A DNA stretch of 63,865 nt, counting the filler. It is 5 parts of 5 records of this genome, joined end to end, with 100 filler letters (N's around TTAATTAATTAA, not from the genome) between each part and the next. Parts side by side here need not be neighbours in the genome. Positions count along the whole stretch, not along the records: positions 36,827 to 53,007 come from SRR20825006_1083; positions 53,108 to 58,505 come from SRR20825006_1087; positions 58,606 to 63,865 come from SRR20825006_1132; 2 more parts are not named here. One strand, written 5' to 3'. Shown here piece by piece: positions 50,142 to 60,658 of the stretch. How positions within the stretch are numbered: position 1 is the first letter of the stretch; each line of letters starts with the position of its first letter. A model generated the notes under the pieces. The model saw nothing but the letters and a program-made list of their open reading frames with translations. It did not search any database and was not told the DNA's origin. Made by a program: the position numbers and the translations under genes.

Positions 50142-51176
50142 TTAGGTAAGACTGTTTTCCGGGTTCAGCGCGGTGACCACATCTTCGGGCCGTACACTGC
50201 CAAGATTGGTGCCGTCCTTGCCGGTCACGCGTATCACTTTGCCCTGGCCCAGAGCGTCCATCATGTCAGATAGTTTTGTTTCGCGGCTGACCGCGGGGGC
50301 TTCGGCAGGAGCCTCTGCAGCGCTCATGACATCAGCCGCACGCAGAACGCCGAGCGGATTCACATGGGCGACAAAATCGGCAACATATGCATCTGCCGGT
50401 TTGCGCACGATCTGTGATGGCGTTCCGCACTGAACGATCCTCCCGCCTTCCATGATGGCAATCCGGTCGCCGATCTTGAAGGCCTCATCGAGATCGTGGC
50501 TGACAAAGATGATCGTACGCTTCAGATTGTGCTGCAGCTCCAGCAACTCGTCCTGAAGCCGGTTGCGGATCAGCGGGTCGAGTGCGGAAAACGGTTCGTC
50601 CATCAGAAGGATCGGGGCCTCGGTGGCAAAGGCGCGTGCAAGGCCTACACGTTGCTGCATACCGCCGGAGAGCTCGCCGACCAGCTGCTCACCCCAGTCC
50701 TGCAATCCCACCAGTTCGAGCTGTGCTTTTGCCCGCTCCGTACGTTCCTTATGGCTCAGCCCGGCAAACTCCAGTCCCAGCGCGACATTATCAAGAACAT
50801 TGCGCCAGGGCAGAAGACCAAACTGCTGAAAAACCATGGAGACACGATTGAGCCGGATCTGACGCAGCGTCTTGTTATCGGCTGTGGTCACATCGGTCAT
50901 CTGGCTTCCGTCATTCACAAGAACGCGGCCACGGCAAACAGGGTTCAACCGATTTACGGCGCGCAGCAAGGTTGATTTACCGGAGCCTGAAAGCCCCATC
51001 AGTACCAGAAGCTCTCCTTCTGCTACGGTCAGTGAGCAGTTGTGCACACCGAGCACCTGGCCGGTTTCATCCTGAATTTCCGCACGGTCCTTGCCATCAT
51101 CCATCAGCGGCAGCGCGGTCTCCGGCTTGTCGCCGAACACGATATTCACGTCGTCAAAAACAACAGCGTCGGTCAT
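50142..51176 (-). CDS. choV: Choline ABC transporter ATP-binding protein
   Basis: GLSGSGKS, LSGGMQQRVGLARAFA. Confidence 0.88.
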   Translation of the reverse strand: MTDAVVFDDVNIVFGDKPETALPLMDDGKDRAEIQDETGQVLGVHNCSLTVAEGELLVLMGLSGSGKSTLLRAVNRLNPVCRGRVLVNDGSQMTDVTTADNKTLRQIRLNRVSMVFQQFGLLPWRNVLDNVALGLEFAGLSHKERTERAKAQLELVGLQDWGEQLVGELSGGMQQRVGLARAFATEAPILLMDEPFSALDPLIRNRLQDELLELQHNLKRTIIFVSHDLDEAFKIGDRIAIMEGGRIVQCGTPSQIVRKPADAYVADFVAHVNPLGVLRAADVMSAAEAPAEAPAVSRETKLSDMMDALGQGKVIRVTGKDGTNLGSVRPEDVVTALNPENSLT

Positions 51177-52012
51177 CCGTTCTGCCTCCTGATTTTCAGT
51201 ACACGGTCAAGGATGATGGCAACGACAACGATCACGAAGCCGCTTTCAAAGCCGAGAGCCGGATTGACCTGATTAAGTGCGCGAACAACCGGAACGCCCA
51301 GACCATCAGCACCGACAAGAGCGGCGACGACGACCATGGACAAGGACAGCATGATAGTTTGATTGAGACCCGCCATGATTTGCGGCAGGGCGTGGTGAAG
51401 CTCAACCTTGGTGAGCTTTTGCCACGGTGTTCCGCCAAAAGCATCAGCGGCTTCCAGAAGTGGTTGTGGAACCGAGGAAATACCAAGATAGGTCAACCGG
51501 ATTGATGCAGGCACAACGAAAATCACCGTTGCAAGAAGGCCGGGCACCATGCCGATACCGAAGAAGACAATGGCCGGAATGAGATAAACAAAAGGCGGCA
51601 GCGTCTGCATCAGGTCGAGGATGGGTTGAAGCACCTGATAAAGACGGGGCCGGTGCGCAGTAAGGATGCCGATTGGAACGCCGATCGCCATGCAGATCAT
51701 GCAGGACGAGATCACCAGCGCGAGACTTTCGGTGGTTTCTTCAAAATAACCCTGATTGATGATGAACAGGAAACCCAGAAACACGAAAAGCGTGATCTTC
51801 CAGTTCCGCTGAAGCCACCAGGCCAGCAGAGTGATCACAAGTGTCAGCGCAATCGGTCCGGGCGCTTGCAGGACCCATAGCAGTTTATCAATCAGCCAGC
51901 CCATAATGTCGGCGAGGCCATCGAAAAACCAGCCGCCATGCATCTGCAGCCAGTCGAAAATATCCTGCGCCCAGGCTCCGAGCGGGATTTTGTGTTCAGT
52001 CAGCCAGTCCAA
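51173..52012 (-). CDS. choW: Choline ABC transporter permease
   Basis: LDLMQTLPPFVYLIP; ProW family; GTG start. Confidence 0.88.
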   Translation of the reverse strand: MDWLTEHKIPLGAWAQDIFDWLQMHGGWFFDGLADIMGWLIDKLLWVLQAPGPIALTLVITLLAWWLQRNWKITLFVFLGFLFIINQGYFEETTESLALVISSCMICMAIGVPIGILTAHRPRLYQVLQPILDLMQTLPPFVYLIPAIVFFGIGMVPGLLATVIFVVPASIRLTYLGISSVPQPLLEAADAFGGTPWQKLTKVELHHALPQIMAGLNQTIMLSLSMVVVAALVGADGLGVPVVRALNQVNPALGFESGFVIVVVAIILDRVLKIRRQNG

Positions 52013-52146
52013 GGAAAACTCCTCTCACACGCTTCAGTGCAGCGTTGAATTTTGGGGGCATCGACCTTGCAATAGATAGCGAGGGTGACGCCCCGCAACC
52101 CAATAGAAAGAGGTTGAGGGCGTCTGCCGCGATCAACGAAAAGAAA

Positions 52147-52175
52147 ACCCGGAAAAGAGACGTCTCTTCCGGGTT
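52147..52175. terminator. Intergenic hairpin after choX
   Basis: AACCCGGAA...TTCCGGGTT. Confidence 0.65.
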
Positions 52176-52181
52176 CGGATA

Positions 52182-53007
52182 TTACAGGCCGAGCGAAGCC
52201 TTGACAGCAGGTAGCCCCGGTTCGCCACTCGTGGTGGTTACACCTTCAAGCCATGTGTCCAGTACATCCGGGTTCTTTTCCAGCCATGCGGCAGTGGCAT
52301 CGGCTTCATTTTCGCCGTCATTCAGGATTACGCCCATGATCTCGTTTTCCATCGGAAGCGAGAATTTCAGGTTTTCAAGCAGTTTCCCGACATTCGGGCA
52401 TTCTTCTGTGAAACCTGTACGGCTCACAGTGCGCACAATACCTTCGCCGCCGAAGAAGTCTTCACCGCCGGTCAGATATTTCAGGTCATAGGACGCGTTC
52501 ATCGGATGCGGCTCCCAGCCAAGGAAGACGATCGGCTCATCCTTGCGGTACTTGCGGCCAACCATAGCCAGCATACCCTGTTCAGAGCTTTCAACGACTT
52601 CGAAATCCTTCAGGCCGTGCTTGTTCTCGTCAATCAGTGAAACGAGATAGGCATTGCCTTCATTGCCGGGCTCAATACCGTAAATCTTGTGATCAAGCTC
52701 ATCGCCGAATTCTGCAATATCGGCGTAAGTCTGCAGACCCTTTTCATAGGTGTAGGTCGGAACGGCAAGTGTGTACTTGGTGCCCTGCAGATTGGTTGAA
52801 ACGACGTCGATCTCGCCTTCGTCGATGTAAGGCGTGATCGCGGAGGTCTGTGCAGGCATCCAGTTGCCAAGGAAGACATCGACATCATCGCTTTTCAGCG
52901 AGGCAAAGGTGACCGGAACCGAAAGCACCTTCACATTTACATCATAGCCGAGGCCTTCAAGAATATGCTTGGCCGTTGCGGTCGTGGTGGTGATGTCGGT
53001 CCAGCCG
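52182..53007 (-). CDS. choX: Choline ABC substrate-binding protein, 5'-truncated
   Basis: GWTDIT, GNWMP, GIEPGN, WEPHPMN. Confidence 0.9.
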
Positions 53008-53107
53008 NNNNNNNNNNNNNNNNNNNNNNNNNNNNNNNNNNNNNNNNNNNNTTAATTAATTAANNNNNNNNNNNNNNNNNNNNNNNNNNNNNNNNNNNNN
53101 NNNNNNN
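53008..53107. other. Artificial contig spacer
   Basis: N-run with TTAATTAATTAA. Confidence 0.98.
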
Positions 53108-53143
53108 GTAAACGAAGCGCTCTACCAACTGAGCTAATCGCCC
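53108..53143 (-). tRNA. tRNA-Val(TAC), 5' fragment
   Basis: Minus strand GGGCGATTAGCTCAGTTGGTAGAGCGCTTCGTTTAC, ending at the anticodon. Confidence 0.88.
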
Positions 53144-53278
53144 GCAGCGGCCGAAGCCGACTGAGTGGCGCCCTGATTAGGGCGCAAGCCCCTGCCCGTC
53201 AACTGACATTTGCAGGAATAGAAACGGCCCCGGCGAAAACGCACGGGGCCGATTGCCAAAGTCCGGCAGAACGCGATC

Positions 53279-53551
53279 TTAGTTGATGGCGTCCTTGAGA
53301 CCCTTACCGGGCTTGAACTTGGCCTGGTTCGAAGCCGGAATCTGAATCTCGGCACCAGTGGCCGGATTGCGGCCGGTCGAAGCCTTGCGCTGGGAGACGG
53401 CAAAAGTGCCGAAACCGACCAGACGAACTTCGTCGCCGCCCTTGAGAGCAGCAGTAATGGCTTCGAACACTGCGTCAACCGCTTCGGCGGCCTGTGCCTT
53501 GGTGATCGTAGCCTTGTCGGCAACGACGCCAACCAGATCGTTTTTGTTCAT
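53279..53551 (-). CDS. hup: DNA-binding protein HU
   Basis: MNKNDLV, GFGTF, GRNPATG, FKPGKGLK. Confidence 0.95.
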   Translation of the reverse strand: MNKNDLVGVVADKATITKAQAAEAVDAVFEAITAALKGGDEVRLVGFGTFAVSQRKASTGRNPATGAEIQIPASNQAKFKPGKGLKDAIN

Positions 53552-53752
53552 AGCGTTTCCTCACAGTGAATGCCCGCCGTCTCTGGCGAACGAAAACGCC
53601 GACAACCTTTTGTGATTCTGCGCTTAGCGCAAGGAAATCCGGGGGTTTTCGGCTGCCCGACGGTGCAAAGCTGTTAATGAACCGGAAAAAACGCCCCTGC
53701 AAGCCCACATTGGGCCAAAAGCCCGGTATTCCGGGGATTGTCCCCGTTTTGC

Positions 53753-54952
53753 CTAGCTGGGGCGCACAGTTTGCACAGACAGGGTACGCCGGATGCCCGT
53801 CATCAGCGGTACGGCCAGGAGATAAATGCAGATGGCGACCAGCCAAATTGCGCCCGGCCAGCTCGGACGCAGGCCATGATAGGTCAGTGAGAAGAAGAGC
53901 GGCCCGAACACGGATGCAAGACTCACAAGGCTGGCGAGAACGCCCTGCAACTGGCCCTGCCGTTCCGAATCGACCTGCCGGGTCAGCAGAGATTGCAAAG
54001 CCGGCATGCCGATGCCGCCCAGGGCAAATATGGGCATGATGACAAAGACCAGCCAGCCTTGCCCGGACAGCGCCATGACCAGCATAGCGATGATCTCGCA
54101 GGCCATGCCCAGCAACAGGGCCCAGCGTTCGCCCAGACGCGCCACGGCCGGGCCGGTCAGGAAGGCTTGCGCGATGGCGTGCAGCAGACCGTATGCGCCC
54201 AGAGAAAGGCCAATCATCATGCCGTTCCAGGCAAAGACGTCCTCGCCGAAAATGGCCCAGATACTGCCATAGACGGTGCCGACCAGATTCATGATGAGGT
54301 AGATCGCCATGAGCGGAATCAAGGCCTTGAACGTCAACGCCCAGGCCAGAGGCTTGAAGGGGTTCAGAGTGCCCCAGGTGAAGCGGGTGCCTTTCTGGCC
54401 GGGGCGGGATTCGGGCAGCAGGAACAGAGCGAGGGCAAAATTGGCGCCGTTGAGCAGCGCGGCGATCAGGAAGGGCGAGCGCAGCCAGATGTCGCCGAGA
54501 ATGCCCCCCAGCACGGGGCCGATGATAAAGCCGATTCCGAACATTGCGTGGAACAGGCCGAAGCGCCTGGCCCGTTGTTCTTCGGTCGAGATGTCGGTGA
54601 TGTAGGCGGTCGCTACGGCCATGTTGGCGCTGGTGATGCCAGCAACCGCCCGGCCGATCACCAGCAACCAGAGCTCAGGCGCAAAGGCCATGACCAGATA
54701 GTCGATAGCCGCACCGGCCAAAGAGACCAAAAGGACCGGCCGGCGGCCGAATCGGTCGCTCAGCACGCCAAGGATGGGCGAAAACAGGAACTGACAGGCG
54801 GAGTAGAGCGCCAGCATGACGCCCAGGAGCGTGGCAATGTCAGTGGTGTGGCCCACTTCGCGCAGCAGGGCGGGCAAAATGGGGAAGATCAGCCCGATGC
54901 CCACGGCGTCGAGCATCACTGCGGCGAGAATGACAACAAGCGCCTTGTTCAT
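53753..54952 (-). CDS. TetA-like (TCR/DHA1) MFS efflux pump
   Basis: LDAVGIGLIFP, SDRFGRRPVLL, GFIIGPVLGG; GGAG SD before ATG 54952. Confidence 0.92.
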   Translation of the reverse strand: MNKALVVILAAVMLDAVGIGLIFPILPALLREVGHTTDIATLLGVMLALYSACQFLFSPILGVLSDRFGRRPVLLVSLAGAAIDYLVMAFAPELWLLVIGRAVAGITSANMAVATAYITDISTEEQRARRFGLFHAMFGIGFIIGPVLGGILGDIWLRSPFLIAALLNGANFALALFLLPESRPGQKGTRFTWGTLNPFKPLAWALTFKALIPLMAIYLIMNLVGTVYGSIWAIFGEDVFAWNGMMIGLSLGAYGLLHAIAQAFLTGPAVARLGERWALLLGMACEIIAMLVMALSGQGWLVFVIMPIFALGGIGMPALQSLLTRQVDSERQGQLQGVLASLVSLASVFGPLFFSLTYHGLRPSWPGAIWLVAICIYLLAVPLMTGIRRTLSVQTVRPS

Positions 54953-54978
54953 TGGGCAACTCCAGACACGCGCCGCAC

Positions 54979-55009
54979 TGGATAGGACCTCAAGCGCAGT
55001 TGAGGTCAA
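54979..55009 (-). promoter_or_regulatory. SoxR/MerR-type promoter
   Basis: TTGACC-19 nt-TATCCA with dyad GACCTCAA-CTGCGC-TTGAGGTC overlapping the -35 and spacer. Confidence 0.8.
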
Positions 55010-55114
55010 GCCCGGTCGATCAAGCTGATGTAGTCAAACCGGTGGTCGGCAGCAAGACAGACCAGTCAATGGCCTGCCGCAGTGACATGGCATGTCAGGA
55101 GGCCTGTGCACCTT

Positions 55115-56587
55115 CTAAGAGTGTATGGCGAGCAGGCTGGGCAGCAAGGGTGGCAGATCCTCGCTCATCATGCCCGGGCCGCCAAATTGATTGGCCGCTT
55201 CGGCGTGCAGCCAGACCGCCGCGCTGGCCGCTTCAAATCCCGGCATGCCCTGGGCGAGTAGCCCCGCGACCATACCGGCCAGAACATCCCCTGCCCCGGC
55301 GGTTCCAAGCCAGTGTGGGGCATTGTCGTTGATTGCGGCACGGCTATCGGGTGCAGCGATGATTGTGTCGCGCCCTTTCAGGATCACATAGGCCCCCGAT
55401 CGGCTGGCCGCCTTGCGTGCGCGCGCCAGCTTGTCGCCCTCGATATCAGGGAAGAGCCGGGCAAACTCGCCTTCGTGTGGGGTCAGCACGACCGGCGCGG
55501 TCCGGTTCTGAATCAGATCGAATAGCGCCTCCGGTCGGCCAGCGAAGCTGGTGAGGGCATCGGCATCCAGCACCACAGCCGCTTTTGCGGCCAGAGCGGC
55601 CTCGACATGCGCCATGGTTGCCGGTCCAATGCCCGCCGCTGGGCCAATGACGAAAGCATTGTGCCGCTCGTCCGCGAGGATTGCCGCGGTTTCAGATGCG
55701 GTTGATGCCGGTCGAAGCATGATGGCGGTGACATGCGCTGCATGGACCCTGAGGGCCTCTTCGGTGCCACAAAGCGTAACGAGCCCCGCACCGATCCTGA
55801 AGGCACCCACGGCTGCGAGGCGCCCTGCGCCCGTCTGCAACGGGCCGCCGGACCGGACAACAACATGTCCCCGATCAAATTTGTGGCCATCGCTGGCCGG
55901 ACTGGGCAGCGCCCACAGACCGGGTGCATTGCGCCAGCATTGTAGGCGGATAGCATCAAGGACGCTGGCGGGTATGCCGATATCGGCAAGGGTCAGACTG
56001 CCACACAGATCGCGCCCCGGCATCAGCAGATGACCCGGTTTGCGCCGAAAAAAGGTTACGGTGGAATGGGCCTTGATGGCGACGCCCCTGATCGCGCCTG
56101 TGGCGCCATCGACGCCGCTGGGTACGTCGATGCTGACGGCGGGCAGCGCGGAACGGTTCACGGCCTCTATGACCGCGCCAAGTGGCCCGGTGATGTCTCG
56201 GTCGAGGCCGGCACCGAGCAACGCGTCCACCACAAGGGCAGTGCCCTCGAGCGACAGCGGGCCTGTCTCGCATGGTCCTGACCAGCGTGCAGCCATCTCT
56301 GCAGCATCGCCCTGCAACCGCGCCCGGTCCGTCGATAACCAGAGACGCACCGGCCAGCCCATGTCCTGCAGCAGACGTGCGACGACAAAGCCATCGCCGC
56401 CATTATTGCCGGGTCCGCATAGCACCAGAACGGGCGAGGGTGAGCATGTGGCAGCGATCGAACCGACGACCGCCTGGCCTGCCCGTTCCATCAGGTCCAG
56501 AGACGCGATGCCGGACTGCACCGCCGAACGGTCGGCTTGCGCCATTTCTGCAGGTGTCAGTAGGGCTTCAGAGTGCTGAATGGGCAT
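55115..56587 (-). CDS. nnr: Bifunctional NAD(P)HX epimerase/dehydratase
   Basis: [29 protein letters not shown]. Confidence 0.93.
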   Translation of the reverse strand: MPIQHSEALLTPAEMAQADRSAVQSGIASLDLMERAGQAVVGSIAATCSPSPVLVLCGPGNNGGDGFVVARLLQDMGWPVRLWLSTDRARLQGDAAEMAARWSGPCETGPLSLEGTALVVDALLGAGLDRDITGPLGAVIEAVNRSALPAVSIDVPSGVDGATGAIRGVAIKAHSTVTFFRRKPGHLLMPGRDLCGSLTLADIGIPASVLDAIRLQCWRNAPGLWALPSPASDGHKFDRGHVVVRSGGPLQTGAGRLAAVGAFRIGAGLVTLCGTEEALRVHAAHVTAIMLRPASTASETAAILADERHNAFVIGPAAGIGPATMAHVEAALAAKAAVVLDADALTSFAGRPEALFDLIQNRTAPVVLTPHEGEFARLFPDIEGDKLARARKAASRSGAYVILKGRDTIIAAPDSRAAINDNAPHWLGTAGAGDVLAGMVAGLLAQGMPGFEAASAAVWLHAEAANQFGGPGMMSEDLPPLLPSLLAIHS

Positions 56588-56738
56588 GTGGGTGGCCGAA
56601 TTTGGAAATGTGAACGATTGGAAACTTCAGATTAGGAACAAATTTACATCGGATGCGCCATTTGAATATCGATTGGGAAAACTCCTTAAGGGGTACCCGG
56701 CATTTTGGTTTCGATAGTGACAGCAGGTAGGGGGCCCA

Positions 56739-57395
56739 ATGTCATTAGCCGCCACAGTTGAAGGCAGCGGCCTGGGGGCGAAGGCCAGCATACACGATGT
56801 CCGGTTCATCGGGGCGCTAGCGGGTCGCTATGCCCTGCCGGAGCGCCGCCAAGGCGGTAACAGCAAGATTCCGGTCTATGCCTGCCGGCTCTGCTCCATT
56901 TCCACCCGCATACTGGTTTCCGTCGGTCCGGTGGTTGGAAAAGAGGGCGAGACAGTTTCCTGTCATTTCAACGAGTTCGGCATGCTACGCGGTCGCATCA
57001 CGCGCCGGCTGGCGTCGGGCTTCGTCGCCGACCTGCAAATGAATGACAATGAGCGCGAGAAGCTGGCTGCCAAGATCGACTGGCAGAAAAAGCACGTGCA
57101 TGCACAGGTGCCGGACAAGCGCGAGCACAAGCGCGTGCAGCCACGCGACCCGCGCAGCACAATCGTATTGGCGGACGGCCAAAGCCTGCCCTGTTTCGTG
57201 ATCGACATGTCGCGCTCAGGGGCAGCCGTTTCGGCCCATTACTGGCCCGAGCTGGGCACGCCCATGGCACTGGGGCGGTTGATCGGCCGGGTCGTGCGGC
57301 ACCTTGATGTCGGGTTTGCACTGCAGTTCATCCAGCCCCAGGCGTTCGAAGAGCTCGAACACCTGATCAAACCGGCCGCGGCCCCTACGCCGTAG
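56739..57395 (+). CDS. PilZ-domain protein
   Basis: REHKR and DMSRSG c-di-GMP motifs. Confidence 0.85.
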   Translation: MSLAATVEGSGLGAKASIHDVRFIGALAGRYALPERRQGGNSKIPVYACRLCSISTRILVSVGPVVGKEGETVSCHFNEFGMLRGRITRRLASGFVADLQMNDNEREKLAAKIDWQKKHVHAQVPDKREHKRVQPRDPRSTIVLADGQSLPCFVIDMSRSGAAVSAHYWPELGTPMALGRLIGRVVRHLDVGFALQFIQPQAFEELEHLIKPAAAPTP

Positions 57396-57451
57396 CGTAA
57401 GCCGATCGTCACCGATCTCGATAAAATGCGAGCAATCAGTGCAATGCCGCG

Positions 57452-58150
57452 TTGACGGGGCTGATGCATGCTCATTTGACCACCAGAGGGAGGTCGGAGT
57501 TGCCCGAAGTTCTGGAACGACCAACAATCGCCTTGCACGGTATCGCCAGCGTCGCCGGGCGCTATATTATTGGTGAACAACCCACCCACCCGGGCATAAA
57601 TCTGTTCGCCTGCCGGCTGCGCATGATTGGCAGCGACACTCTGCGGATCACGGCCCCGGTCATTCCGCAAATGGGTGAGCAGGTTACAACGAGCTTCAAT
57701 TCCTTCGGCACCCTGACCGGCCGGGTCAGCCGCCAGTTCGAAGACGGGTTCGAAATGAGCATCGAGCACGATGCCGCCGGACGCGATCGTCTCAATGCCC
57801 GCATCACCAGTTTCAGCGAGAAGCTGTGGACGGCAGAGACTGACCGGCGTGCGGCGCAGCGCGTGATGCCCAGCAATCCGCGCACCGTGATTGCCCGCCC
57901 GGACAATTGGTCCCAGCCCTGCCTGATCGTCGACTACTCAATTTCCGGCGCGGCGGTATCAGCGGCGTTTCAACCCGAGGTCGGGGAGATCGTCACTGTT
58001 GGCCGCGTTACTGGCGAAGTGGTGCGCCTGTTCGATTTCGGCTTCGCGGTGCGCTTCTTCGAGCCGCAGAATGCCGATCACCTGGAGGGGCTCCTGGAGG
58101 CGCCGGATGAATGGCGCGAGGTGATGCGCCGGACCTTCAAGGCGGTCTGA
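57452..58150 (+). CDS. PilZ-domain protein, paralog (start uncertain)
   Basis: RAAQR and DYSISG motifs; collinear with upstream gene. Confidence 0.82.
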   Translation: MTGLMHAHLTTRGRSELPEVLERPTIALHGIASVAGRYIIGEQPTHPGINLFACRLRMIGSDTLRITAPVIPQMGEQVTTSFNSFGTLTGRVSRQFEDGFEMSIEHDAAGRDRLNARITSFSEKLWTAETDRRAAQRVMPSNPRTVIARPDNWSQPCLIVDYSISGAAVSAAFQPEVGEIVTVGRVTGEVVRLFDFGFAVRFFEPQNADHLEGLLEAPDEWREVMRRTFKAV

Positions 58151-58184
58151 CAGAACCACGGCATAAAGGCGGCTTCGCAGAGCC

Positions 58185-58212
58185 AAAAAGAAAGGGGCCC
58201 AGAAGGCCCCTT
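58185..58212 (-). terminator. glnA terminator
   Basis: AAGGGGCC...GGCCCCTT with A-run on the plus strand. Confidence 0.7.
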
Positions 58213-58235
58213 CCCTGTTTTGATACCTGCTCGCC

Positions 58236-58505
58236 TTAGGCGGAGTAGTACATCTCGTATTCGACGGGATGCGGGGTGTGCTCGAACTTGACCACTTCCT
58301 GCATCTTGAGGTCGATGTAGCTGTCGATGAAGTCGTCATCCATGACGCCACCCACCTTGAGGAAGTCGCGGTCAGCCGAAAGGCTATCCAGGGCTTCACG
58401 CAGCGAGCCGGAGACGGTCGGGATTTCCTTGAGCTCTTCCTTGGGCAGCTCGTAGAGATCCTTGTCCATCGGGTCGCCCGGGTGGATCTTGTTCTTGATG
58501 CCGTC
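58236..58505 (-). CDS. glnA: Glutamine synthetase I, 3' fragment
   Basis: [18 protein letters not shown]...[12 protein letters not shown]. Confidence 0.95.
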   Translation of the reverse strand, partial: DGIKNKIHPGDPMDKDLYELPKEELKEIPTVSGSLREALDSLSADRDFLKVGGVMDDDFIDSYIDLKMQEVVKFEHTPHPVEYEMYYSA

Positions 58506-58605
58506 NNNNNNNNNNNNNNNNNNNNNNNNNNNNNNNNNNNNNNNNNNNNTTAATTAATTAANNNNNNNNNNNNNNNNNNNNNNNNNNNNNNNNNNNNNNN
58601 NNNNN
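58506..58605. other. Artificial contig spacer
   Basis: N-run with TTAATTAATTAA. Confidence 0.98.
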
Positions 58606-59200
58606 GCCGCCAGCCGATCAGCGCGACAAAGGCCAGACCGGCGATGGCCGCGATTCCGCCCACCGGGGCAAAATCGAACATCCCGAAAGGCGCACCCAGC
58701 GATTGCTGGCGGATCGAGGCGATGATGATGTTGGGCGGCGTGCCGATCAGCGTGACCATGCCGCCCAGAATGGTGGCAAAGCTCAGCGGCATCAGGCTCA
58801 GCCCCGGTTGCCGCCCCGCCTTGCGCGCGGTCTGGATGTCAACGGGCATCAGCAACGCGAGAGCTGCGACGTTGTTCATAAAGGCCGACAGGATGCCGCC
58901 GACGGCGCCCATGATGGTGATGTGCGCGCCCAGGCTGCGGCTGGCATCAATCAGCGTGCGTGTGATCAGCAGCACAGCGCCCGACCGCACCAGCCCCGCC
59001 GACACCACCAGCACCAGCGCCACGATCAGCGTGGCAGGATGCCCGAACCCGGAAAAAGCGTCTTTTTCCGGCACCACCCCCAACACGACGCCGGTCATCA
59101 GCGCGGCAAAGGCCACAAGGTCATAGCGGAAGCGGCCCCACAGCAGCAGCCCAAAGACGGCGCCGAACAGGGTGAAGAGGATGATTTGATCTGTTGTCAT
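58606..59200 (-). CDS. SLC13/CitMHS-type permease, 5' fragment
   Basis: SAFMNN and TLIGTPPN motifs. Confidence 0.88.
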
Positions 59201-59273
59201 GCGCGGCAACGTAGAACGCAGGCAGCGGCGCGACCAGTGCAATTTGGCGGGTTCGTTTAGATGGCAATCCGCA

Positions 59274-59330
59274 GGGGGCTTTGCCCCCGGCGCTTGCGCG
59301 CCTCCCCCAGGATATTTAGAGCCAAAGAAA
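59274..59330 (+). repeat. Short GC-hairpin interspersed element, Rhodobacterales type
   Basis: GGGGGC-TTT-GCCCCC, GGCGC..GCGCC, then TCCCCCAGGATATTT...CCAAAGAAA. Confidence 0.5.
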
Positions 59331-59438
59331 CAGCACCGGCGCGCATATGCGCCAAGGCTTGCGGCCCCCCCTTGTGGTGCACTATAGCAGCCGACAAAGC
59401 CGCGCGGCGGCGCATGTCAGTTGCAAATCGGAGGCGTT

Positions 59439-60188
59439 ATGGCAGGCCACTCAAAATGGGCGAACATCCAGCACCGCAAGGGGCGTCAGGACAAGTTGCG
59501 CGCCAAGGTGTTTTCAAAGATGTCCAAGGAAATCACCGTGGCCGCCAAGATGGGCGACCCCGACCCCGACAAGAACCCGCGTTTGCGTCTGGCGATCAAG
59601 GAGGCCAAGTCGGTCTCTGTGCCCAAGGACGTGATCGACCGCGCGATCAAGAAAAGCCAGGGCGGCGACAGCGAGGATTACGAAGAAATCCGCTATGAGG
59701 GCTATGGCCCCAACGGTGTCGCGGTGATCGTCGAGGCGATGACCGACAACCGCAACCGCACTGCATCGGTCGTGCGCTCGACGTTCACCAAGAACGGCGG
59801 CAACCTGGGCGAGACGGGCAGCGTCGGCTTCATGTTCGACCGCAAGGGCGAGATTGTCTATCCTGCCGCGGTCGGTGACGCCGATACGGTCATGATGGCC
59901 GCCATCGAGGCCGGCGCAGAAGACGTGGAAAGCACCGAGGATGGCCACGTGATCTGGTGTGCCGACACCGACCTGAACGAGGTGTCGACAGCGCTTGAGG
60001 CCGAACTGGGCGAAAGCGAAGCCACACGGCTGGTCTGGAAGCCTACCGTCACCACCGAGATGGATCTGGAAAGCATGCAAAAGCTGATGAAGCTGATTGA
60101 TGCGCTGGAAGACGATGACGACGTGCAACGCGTCACCGCCAACTTCGAAGCCTCAGACGAGGTGATGGAACAGCTGGGCGACGATTAA
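59439..60188 (+). CDS. yebC: YebC/PmpR-family protein
   Basis: [27 protein letters not shown]. Confidence 0.95.
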   Translation: MAGHSKWANIQHRKGRQDKLRAKVFSKMSKEITVAAKMGDPDPDKNPRLRLAIKEAKSVSVPKDVIDRAIKKSQGGDSEDYEEIRYEGYGPNGVAVIVEAMTDNRNRTASVVRSTFTKNGGNLGETGSVGFMFDRKGEIVYPAAVGDADTVMMAAIEAGAEDVESTEDGHVIWCADTDLNEVSTALEAELGESEATRLVWKPTVTTEMDLESMQKLMKLIDALEDDDDVQRVTANFEASDEVMEQLGDD

Positions 60189-60472
60189 GCCGGACCGTTG
60201 ACCACTTCGGAACGCTGCCCTGCATCCGGGGCGGCGTTCTTGTTGCAGAACAGGCCGCGTGCGATACTGCCCCACCCTTGGGGCGCATCGGCCTGCGGAC
60301 GCTGCCGACGCAGGCGGCGCAGGACGGACCGCAACGCCGTCAGCCGCACTTCGGCGGTTTCGCCACCGGCGCGGACCTGAACGGACAAGATTTTCTCCTG
60401 CGTTTCCAAAGCACTTTCGATCATCTCGAATTCAGAGGCTGAGAGAACAAGGCTATGGGGCAGGGCGGACAT
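60185..60472 (-). CDS. Hypothetical protein
   Basis: AAGGA SD before ATG 60472; helical [11 protein letters not shown] segment. Confidence 0.6.
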   Translation of the reverse strand: MSALPHSLVLSASEFEMIESALETQEKILSVQVRAGGETAEVRLTALRSVLRRLRRQRPQADAPQGWGSIARGLFCNKNAAPDAGQRSEVVNGPA

Positions 60473-60658
60473 CTTGGCGTTCCTTATGTTGATCAAGTCT
60501 TGGGCATATGGTGTAAGAATTCAGCCGCGCCAAGGCCTGTTCGACGTTTTATGACATAAAAATGACAGTTCTCACGCATCGGTGATTGCACTTCGCAGTT
60601 TGCGCAGGGGGCTGCGCTGCATTATGCAGCCGAACATCAGGCGCGGGGCAGGCATCAT

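Noticed and set aside
53753-54952. Mobile tetracycline-resistance cassette
   Set aside because: No tetR, transposase, integrase or flanking repeats; neighbours are housekeeping genes.
15761-58605. Four recurring TTAATTAATTAA motifs as a biological repeat
   Set aside because: Each is embedded in N-runs; it is an all-frame-stop assembly linker.
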